In this document: piece by piece, positions 1 to 6,766 of the stretch | Numbering within the stretch: position 1 is the first letter of the stretch | Layout: the number at the start of each line of letters is the position of its first letter | Assembly (NCBI GenBank): GCA_016839745.1 | Contig: JAEOTS010000183.1 | Span: 1 to 18,070, forward strand | DNA from: Promethearchaeota archaeon | Lineage (GTDB): Archaea > Asgardarchaeota > Lokiarchaeia > Sigyniarchaeales > SOKP01 | DNA: 18,070 nt | Reading direction: 5' to 3' | Program-made: the position numbers and the translations under genes | Notes under the pieces: model-generated | What the model was told of the DNA's origin: nothing | What the model saw: only the letters and a program-made list of their open reading frames with translations | Database searches by the model: none

Positions 1-663
1 ATAGCGGTAGATACGAGTACATTCGTAATTCTTTTTTCATCGCTAGCCGGATTTATTACTTATTTACGACAGAAAAGAACAAGTATTAAACTTTCAATAT
101 TTTTTAGTATATTTTCTATTTTGGGGAGTATTTTAGCCACTATTTTGTTTTCAGTTATTAGAATTGATAATTCTGTTTTAGAAATTTTATTTGCTGTAAC
201 TTTGCTAATTGCAGGATTTAATATGATTTATAAAACTATTAAGTCGAGAAATGGAGCCGAGACTCAAGAGGTTAACCACATCGATTTTTCCTTAAACAAC
301 CGCGAGGATAAAGTTAGTTTTAAAAAATCTATACCGTTATTCATTTTAGCGGGATTTACTGCAAATTTATTAGGAATTGGAGGTGGTATAATAAACACCC
401 CATCGCTTAATATGGTCCTAAATTTCCCTATTCACAATTCTACAGCAGTCTCAACATCTATAATTTTCTTTACCGCTATATACAATACAGTTATAAAGAG
501 TTTGATAGGTCAGATTGACTACTTAATAGGGCTTTTAATTGCAATCGGTTCGATTTTGGGATCGATATTAGGTGCTAAAATATCAAAGAAGATGTCTAAA
601 AAGTATCTACAGTTCTTTGTGTCAGTCGTATTGATAGGTTTAGCAATAAGAATGTTTTTTTAA
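1..663 (+). CDS. Sulfite exporter TauE/SafE family membrane protein (5'-partial; frame open from base 1)
   Basis: Frame 1 reads without a stop from base 1 (IAVDTSTFVILFSSLAGF...), so the TTG at 121 is not the real start. Multiple hydrophobic helices and the TauE-type motif AGFTANLLGIGGGIINTP...AVSTS; C-terminus GSILGAKISKK..KYLQFF. Confidence 0.85.
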   Translation: MAVDTSTFVILFSSLAGFITYLRQKRTSIKLSIFFSIFSILGSILATILFSVIRIDNSVLEILFAVTLLIAGFNMIYKTIKSRNGAETQEVNHIDFSLNNREDKVSFKKSIPLFILAGFTANLLGIGGGIINTPSLNMVLNFPIHNSTAVSTSIIFFTAIYNTVIKSLIGQIDYLIGLLIAIGSILGSILGAKISKKMSKKYLQFFVSVVLIGLAIRMFF

Positions 664-711
664 AGGTTATAACTTGGTAATAATTATAGTCTAAAATTTG
701 TATAGTAAAAT

Positions 712-751
712 GAAATTTATATATTAAAATAAAGAAATAAAAGAATTGGAG
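712..751 (+). promoter_or_regulatory. Putative archaeal promoter (BRE-like GAAA + TATA box TTTATATA 716-723) and SD-like GGAG (748-751) of the crotonase gene
   Basis: TTTATATA preceded by purines about 36 nt upstream of ATG 759; GGAG 7 nt before the ATG. Confidence 0.45.
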
Positions 752-758
752 AAAGAAA

Positions 759-1550
759 ATGGAAAACCTTGTGAAACTAACAATAAAAGATCATATTGCT
801 GTAATAAAACTTACCAATTCCGAGAATTATAACCCATTAAATAAAGCTACCGGTAAGAAACTATTAGAAACTATAGAAGCGATTAGAAGCGACAGGGATG
901 TTCGGTGTTTAATCATAACTGGTTCTGGAAAAGCTTTTTCTGCTGGTGGAGACATAAAACAGTTCAAATCTAGTATTGAAAGCGGCACATCAGGTCAAGT
1001 CATGGACGATTTAACTCAAGATCTTTATAAAATCGCATTGATTTTGCGACTCTATCCTAAACCCGTGATAGCCGCGGTAAATGGCTGGGCTGTGGGAGCA
1101 GGTATGAACCTTGCTCTTTCTTGCGATTTAATAATAGCATCTGAAAAAGCGAAATTTAAACAATCATTTTGTAAACTAGCATTAATTCCGGGATTTGCTG
1201 GTACTATTATCCTGAGTCGTCAACTTCCATGGCAACAAGCTACACAAATGGCTTTTTTTGGAGATACCTATACAGCAGAGGAGATGAAAAAGCTTGGGTT
1301 TGTTAATGAAATCGTTCCTCCTGAAAATTTGGAAGGAGTTTCTATGGATTGGGCTCATAAACTTGCTAGTGGTCCCACTTTAACATACGCAAGGACTAAA
1401 AAACTATTTTTTGACGCCCTTAGTACTCCGTTAGAAGAACATCTAGAGAAGGAACGACAAATGCAAATTAAATCGGCAGAATCGGAAGATTATAAAATTG
1501 GTGTATTTGCTCTAAACGAAAAAAAGGAACCGAAATTTGTAGGCAATTAG
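759..1550 (+). CDS. Enoyl-CoA hydratase/isomerase (crotonase) family protein, PaaG-like
   Basis: Motifs IITGSGKAFSAGGDI (oxyanion hole), PKPVIAAVNGWAVGAGMNLALSCD, and C-terminal EDYKIGVFALNEKKEPKF. Confidence 0.93.
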   Translation: MENLVKLTIKDHIAVIKLTNSENYNPLNKATGKKLLETIEAIRSDRDVRCLIITGSGKAFSAGGDIKQFKSSIESGTSGQVMDDLTQDLYKIALILRLYPKPVIAAVNGWAVGAGMNLALSCDLIIASEKAKFKQSFCKLALIPGFAGTIILSRQLPWQQATQMAFFGDTYTAEEMKKLGFVNEIVPPENLEGVSMDWAHKLASGPTLTYARTKKLFFDALSTPLEEHLEKERQMQIKSAESEDYKIGVFALNEKKEPKFVGN

Positions 1551-1562
1551 TAAAATCCTAAA

Positions 1563-1577
1563 TTTTTTTACTTTATT
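1563..1577 (+). terminator. Oligo-T archaeal-type terminator after the crotonase gene
   Basis: TTTTTTTACTTTATT starting 12 nt after the stop codon. Confidence 0.4.
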
Positions 1578-1619
1578 AATTATTAATTCATTATAATATA
1601 TCTTCATGTGATTCTTTCA

Positions 1620-2435
1620 ATGAGTAATGGATTTAGGTTATTAAGAATTGAATACCTGTTTAGCGTACTAGTACCCTGTTTACTCAGTATTTATTTAAAT
1701 AATTACGAGGTCATTGCTCACATATGGATATTAGCTGGATTTGCCTTTTATGCTATTACTGGGAATACTCTGAACGATGTTATAGATATGAAAGATCCAG
1801 ACGAAAAAGAAACGCTCAAAAGAGTCCAAGGTTATAGTCGTAAAGAAATTTTAACTATTTCGTTAGCAAGTTTCTTAATAGGGACCGTTTGTTTTATGAA
1901 TAGCATTGTAATATATCCAATTTTAGGTATTTATTTGGCAATCATTGTTATTTTAGTAATTATGTACTGCCTCTTCAAATCGCTTGTTATTATTAACCAC
2001 ATCGTTTTAGGAATCTCGCATATAGTATTACCTTGGTTGATGATAAAAATCAATGCTGGCGACCTAGCACTGTATTTTTTTCCCAATTTGAGCCTGTCTG
2101 AATTACTAATATTACTCTCTATAGCTTCAGTTGGGTATACTGGACAAATGTTACACGAGTTAATCGATGGAGATTCGTTGTCAAAATTATCTCCTAAAGC
2201 GTCTCAATTAGTGATATGGATTGCGTCTTTAATATCGCTCATAATTACAATATTTTCTTTAATAATTACCCAAAATTTCATATTTTTGCCTATAATTTTC
2301 TTTCCTTTTGGAATATTGTATATTTTTAGGAAACCCCGAATAGATTTATTAGATCGGACAGCGTTAAAAGACGTAGGAATTATCTTAGGAAACTTAATAC
2401 TAGTTTACATTATTGTTTTAATCATAGCACCTTAA
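1620..2435 (+). CDS. UbiA-superfamily intramembrane prenyltransferase
   Basis: About 8-9 TM segments; first Asp-rich motif GNTLNDVIDMKDPD (NDxxD); degenerate second motif QMLHELIDGD. ATG 1620 is preferred over GTG 1608 because a TATA-like TTATAATA at 1591-1598 fits a near-leaderless start. Confidence 0.75.
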   Translation: MSNGFRLLRIEYLFSVLVPCLLSIYLNNYEVIAHIWILAGFAFYAITGNTLNDVIDMKDPDEKETLKRVQGYSRKEILTISLASFLIGTVCFMNSIVIYPILGIYLAIIVILVIMYCLFKSLVIINHIVLGISHIVLPWLMIKINAGDLALYFFPNLSLSELLILLSIASVGYTGQMLHELIDGDSLSKLSPKASQLVIWIASLISLIITIFSLIITQNFIFLPIIFFPFGILYIFRKPRIDLLDRTALKDVGIILGNLILVYIIVLIIAP

Positions 2436-2536
2436 AGAATTAAGTTGGATCCAATGACTGAAAAAATATCTAAAAGAATATTTGCAAAAGAATTTAAAAT
2501 TGAAAAAAATGAGGTGATTGTAAAATATATATTCAT

Positions 2537-2806
2537 ATGTCGATTCATTACCCTAAGCCTGAAAAGCGACAGCTGTTAATTGAGTCCATGCATCGATTTG
2601 GCAAAGCTATGGAAGGTAAAAAGGGCTTAATTATGGCACATACTACAAAAGACGAAGATTCAAACCGCTTAATTGGTTTAGCAATATGGGACTCGAAAGA
2701 AAATTGGTTAACTGCAAGACCAGCCATGATCGAGGCTGTTAAGGACGATCCCTTTGAAGAATGGGAATTAAGACCTCCTGAAGTCTATCATTTAACTAAG
2801 ACGTAA
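2537..2806 (+). CDS. Small dimeric alpha+beta barrel protein, antibiotic biosynthesis monooxygenase (ABM)-like
   Basis: About 90 aa with ABM-like pattern SIHYPKPEK...GLI...D...LIGLAIWDSKENW...PPEVYHL. The start is uncertain (see findings). Confidence 0.7.
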   Translation: MSIHYPKPEKRQLLIESMHRFGKAMEGKKGLIMAHTTKDEDSNRLIGLAIWDSKENWLTARPAMIEAVKDDPFEEWELRPPEVYHLTKT

Positions 2807-2905
2807 TACCATATATATAGCTTAGTTTTCTAATTCAGCATATTTTGGGTAATTTCTATCCCTCAAAGTAATATTCACTAATTTACTTTTTCGTTATTGT
2901 CTGGG

Positions 2906-2913
2906 TTTATATA
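2906..2913 (+). promoter_or_regulatory. Putative TATA box of the MoxR-VWA-SWIM operon
   Basis: TTTATATA in the 195-nt intergenic gap, about 90 nt upstream of ATG 3002; same 8-mer as at 716. Confidence 0.3.
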
Positions 2914-3001
2914 TTTGATAGTGGAAAATTAAATAATGTGAAATTTTATTTTTAAAATAAAATCTCAAAAAGCAAAAATCTACGTGTAAAGGTCATTTAT
3001 T

Positions 3002-4132
3002 ATGGCAAAGAAACCCGTAACTAAAAATAATCAGATTAAAAAAGATCAGAAGGAAACAAAAGCAACTCCTCCTAAAGTAACAACTGTTAAACCAACAACT
3101 CAAAAGCCTATCCCTAAAAAACCAGCGCCACAAAAACCTAAAGTAAAAGTACTAGACAATCTTTCAATTCTGAAAAGTTCTCCTTATATAAAGCAGAAAA
3201 ACGACTCCAAAACAACTCAGAAACATTTATCACTAAAAGAGTTATTTGAAAAAAGTTTACTTTCCCAGAAAGAAGATAAATTAGAAATCGTATTAACGGG
3301 GCAATACGAGCAAGCTCTCGACTTAATGTTTGAGGCAGATGCTTCCAACTTATATCCAATCTTGGTAGGCCCTCCAGGAATTGGTAAAACAACATTATGT
3401 AGATATTATGCACAGTCACGGGCAGAAATTACGGGAAATGACTCATTTGAATGGATTACTTTTGACGAATCCACGAAACCAGCTCACCTGATTGGATCTT
3501 TTAACCCTGCAACCACAATTCAGAAGGGATTCTCGTTCGAAGCGTTTAATCCCGGGCCATTAATCAAAGCAATGTTAAACGGTGGCTTATTTTTAGCGAA
3601 CGAAGTGAATCGAGCTACTGAATACACGCAAAACTCGCTATTGGAACCATTAGAAGAAAAAACGCTATCAGTCCCGCATATAGGACGTGTAAAAGCATCG
3701 TCTGGGTTTTTTTTTATCGGTGCGATGAACCCTTCTGAATTAGTAGGAACTCACCGACTCGGCGAAGCGTTGAAAGATCGGTTTAATGTCTGGATTGAAC
3801 TCGACTATCCAGATAAGAAAACTGAAATGAAGATAATCGAGCATAACAATCCTTATTATAAAGTAGAAGAAAGTATCTTAGAAAAAATATATCTGATCAT
3901 CAATAGAACGCGCACCCATCATCAAATACAAACACCTGCGAGTTTACGCAGTGGAATCGCTTTAGCTCGATTGACAGGTGTCGCACAAAAAAGAAATAAA
4001 GCAGAGGAACCAAATAAAATACTTCGAAATCTTGCGAGTAATGTACTATTTGGAGCAATACAAACTAAACCTGGTGTTAAATCTAAAGATGTTATTAGCA
4101 ATATTATTTCTCAGGTATTAGGATCTGCGTAA
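3002..4132 (+). CDS. MoxR-family AAA+ ATPase (AAA_5-type) with Lys/Pro-rich N-terminal tail
   Basis: Walker A GPPGIGKT (3368-3391), helix-2-insert region HLIGSF...FNPGPL, Walker B-like LFLANEVNR, sensor I GAMNP, Arg finger ALKDRF, lid/sensor II PASLRSGIAL. Confidence 0.92.
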   Translation: MAKKPVTKNNQIKKDQKETKATPPKVTTVKPTTQKPIPKKPAPQKPKVKVLDNLSILKSSPYIKQKNDSKTTQKHLSLKELFEKSLLSQKEDKLEIVLTGQYEQALDLMFEADASNLYPILVGPPGIGKTTLCRYYAQSRAEITGNDSFEWITFDESTKPAHLIGSFNPATTIQKGFSFEAFNPGPLIKAMLNGGLFLANEVNRATEYTQNSLLEPLEEKTLSVPHIGRVKASSGFFFIGAMNPSELVGTHRLGEALKDRFNVWIELDYPDKKTEMKIIEHNNPYYKVEESILEKIYLIINRTRTHHQIQTPASLRSGIALARLTGVAQKRNKAEEPNKILRNLASNVLFGAIQTKPGVKSKDVISNIISQVLGSA

Positions 4133-4168
4133 TTTAGAAAGTATAATTAATATTAGGAATTGATTTGG

Positions 4169-6742
4169 ATGATAATTTTCCCCCAAAGCCCAGTTTGGTT
4201 TTCACTTAAATTTATAACTGCTCTACGAAACCATGAAAAATGTATGTATAAGCCGTCGATTCGTCAAGCAATCGCTATTTGTAAATTAATTCTAGCGAGG
4301 TTTCTAAATAAGGGCACATGTGAAGTCAACGACTTTATTGAAATTGCAGTTGTTACAAGTCCTCTTGAAAACCAAGCTTTAGCTCGTAAAATTGCCACAG
4401 AACTACTAACTTATAATGATCCCTCAAAAAATCGTATATCTTCTGATACGGTAAAGTCTGATATGTTTGGGAGTAAGACAGCACAGGACTTACTTGATGA
4501 TATAGGATTAGATCTGAGCGAATTAGACGAGGTTTTCGACGATTTTGAATTATTAGACAATTTTTTTAAAGAATTAGAAGATCTCGATTTAGACCAGTTA
4601 ATGGACGAGAGTCTAAACGATTTTTTTGATCGGTTTAGTGAAGAGTTGGAAGAAGATCCATATAAGACAGCTTTAGATGTCATTGACAATAATGCTATTG
4701 CTAACTTCAATAAATTCAAAGATTTAGAAGCGATGCTCGATTACGCAAGAGAATTATTAAAAAATAAAATGAACCATTTAGAGCCCAAGGATATAGATGC
4801 AGCTGAAAAATTGGATTTGTTAGAGGATATAATATCGAAATCTGATTCGTTAAAAGAGAAGATGATGTCTCAACTCGCAAAGGACAAAAACTTGGACAAA
4901 TTTAAAGAAAGCCTATCTAAAGCTTTAAGTGATAATTCCTTTGATGGTTTGAACATTGCTGAATTTGCCTTGAAATCTAATAAATTAAACCAGCAAGGTC
5001 AAAACATTGTAAAAAATCTTTTAAAACAAAATCTTTCTAAATCTAACAAAAATCTTAACGATATTTTTAACATATCAAAAGTCTTGGGATCAAATCCTAA
5101 TATAGCGAAGAAGAAAATGGATAATATCTTGAATAGCAGTTTGAAGCTCCCCTTTAAAGACGCATACAATAATGCAAAGAACTTTGATCAATTTTTTGGA
5201 GATAGTTTGAGCGAACAATACCTAGATGAGATTAACGAAAATTTTGATAACTTTAGTAAAGGAAAAAACTCAAGTGACATTAAAAAGGAACTAATCAACA
5301 ACCCAATAAAGACGCCAGCGTGGCGAAAATTAATGTCAAATATCATCGATAAAGATGTTCAATCAATGAACGAAGATTACACTGATAAGCAAATGATAGA
5401 CGCCCAGATGAAGAATTATATTGATGAATTAGTCGATTCTAAGAAGAATTGTAGTGATCTCTCTTGTCAATCGCAACTCAATAATAAAATTTCTGAATTA
5501 GTTGATAAAGCGGTCGGAAGTGCGGCGAGTAAAGAGTCGTTAAAAAATATGGTTAAGGATTTTAACAAGATGGGTTTTTCTCCAGACATTACTTCGATTA
5601 AGGACGCAGGAAAAAGGCTAGGCATGACAGAGACCGAAATTCTTAACCTTATCGAAAAAAGCTATAAAGTGTTTAAACAGTTAGTCAAGGAGAATCAATC
5701 GAAATACGAGACTTATAAAGATTATCTCGAGCAGATGGGATTAACACCCCAGCAGATAGACGAGATAGTTAAGTTAGCCCTAGGAGGAGCTCCCAAAAAA
5801 CCGCCTAATTTAGAAGTTTTGAGCGCTTTAAGCGAGAAAAATTTAGCTCAAGTATTAAAATCTGCGGAACAAATGGGAGACGATGCTCTTGATATGGCAT
5901 TTTCCTCTCTGGGTGCTGGGAGTGGTTTGGATCTATTGGAGCAATGGTTTTATTCGAGACATAATGTCTCAGCCAAAATCAAGAAAAGGTTGAAGGAGAT
6001 CATTAAGCAAATTATGATTGATTTAGGTATTAATGCAGCAAATTCTTTAATTGGTACTGCTAAATCTGGACCTCTTGTAGAGAATGTTGTGATCCCTTAC
6101 ACTTTAGGAGACGATTTTGAATTAATTGATCTAGAAGAGACGATAAGTAATTTATTGGAGGGCGGGAAAACGGTAGAAACGATTACTAACGACGATTTTT
6201 TAGTATCAAAAACTACGGATGGTCTTCGGTGCTTGGTTCTTGAATTGGATATTAGCGGAAGTATGAAAGGAAACAAATTAGCTCAAATGGCATTATGCAC
6301 AACTATGTTAGTATACGCTTTTAAACCAGAAGAACTCGCACTCACTTTTTTTGAATCTAACACGCATAAGTTAAAGAACCTTGACGAAGATGTTGAATTA
6401 GAAAAAGTTGTAGACGAATTACTCGATATTACCGCAAGGGGAGGCACGTGCATAAACCACGCACTTAAATGGGCAAACCTTCAGTTTGAAAAAAAAGCTC
6501 GTTCGAAATACAAACTAAACGTACTTTTCACTGATGCAGATGTTTTTGACTTCAACAATAGTTTAAGGGAGTTAAAAATTATGAAGGAAAAGGACATTAG
6601 ATTCGTTATGGTGGTCCCAAAATTCGGATGTTCTCCGGTAATGGCAAAAAAAATGGTAAAAGAAGCCAATGGAGTTCTTTTAACCTTAAATCAGTGGAGA
6701 GACTTTCCTAAGCTAATATCTGACATCATTACCAATCAATAA
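4169..6742 (+). CDS. Large von Willebrand factor A (VWA/MIDAS) domain protein, partner of the MoxR ATPase
   Basis: C-terminal MIDAS LELDISGSM (DxSxS from 6248), ARGGTCI (Thr) and LFTDA (Asp); pre-VWA motif IDLEETI; long helical middle region. ATG 4169 is preferred over TTG 4160 (AGGA at 4155-4158). Confidence 0.9.
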   Translation: MIIFPQSPVWFSLKFITALRNHEKCMYKPSIRQAIAICKLILARFLNKGTCEVNDFIEIAVVTSPLENQALARKIATELLTYNDPSKNRISSDTVKSDMFGSKTAQDLLDDIGLDLSELDEVFDDFELLDNFFKELEDLDLDQLMDESLNDFFDRFSEELEEDPYKTALDVIDNNAIANFNKFKDLEAMLDYARELLKNKMNHLEPKDIDAAEKLDLLEDIISKSDSLKEKMMSQLAKDKNLDKFKESLSKALSDNSFDGLNIAEFALKSNKLNQQGQNIVKNLLKQNLSKSNKNLNDIFNISKVLGSNPNIAKKKMDNILNSSLKLPFKDAYNNAKNFDQFFGDSLSEQYLDEINENFDNFSKGKNSSDIKKELINNPIKTPAWRKLMSNIIDKDVQSMNEDYTDKQMIDAQMKNYIDELVDSKKNCSDLSCQSQLNNKISELVDKAVGSAASKESLKNMVKDFNKMGFSPDITSIKDAGKRLGMTETEILNLIEKSYKVFKQLVKENQSKYETYKDYLEQMGLTPQQIDEIVKLALGGAPKKPPNLEVLSALSEKNLAQVLKSAEQMGDDALDMAFSSLGAGSGLDLLEQWFYSRHNVSAKIKKRLKEIIKQIMIDLGINAANSLIGTAKSGPLVENVVIPYTLGDDFELIDLEETISNLLEGGKTVETITNDDFLVSKTTDGLRCLVLELDISGSMKGNKLAQMALCTTMLVYAFKPEELALTFFESNTHKLKNLDEDVELEKVVDELLDITARGGTCINHALKWANLQFEKKARSKYKLNVLFTDADVFDFNNSLRELKIMKEKDIRFVMVVPKFGCSPVMAKKMVKEANGVLLTLNQWRDFPKLISDIITNQ

Positions 6743-6766
6743 ATTAATTACGCTTATCACATAAAG

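Noticed and set aside
2454-2579. 41-aa ORF MTEKISKRIFAKEF...SDSC overlapping the ABM gene start
   Set aside because: No recognisable features, and it overlaps the better-supported ABM frame. Kept only as context for the possible indel.
3002-4132. Assignment of the ATPase as gvpN, coxD, cbbQ/norQ or a chelatase subunit
   Set aside because: No gas-vesicle, CO dehydrogenase, RubisCO/NOR or chelatase genes in the window, and motifs alone do not fix the subfamily.
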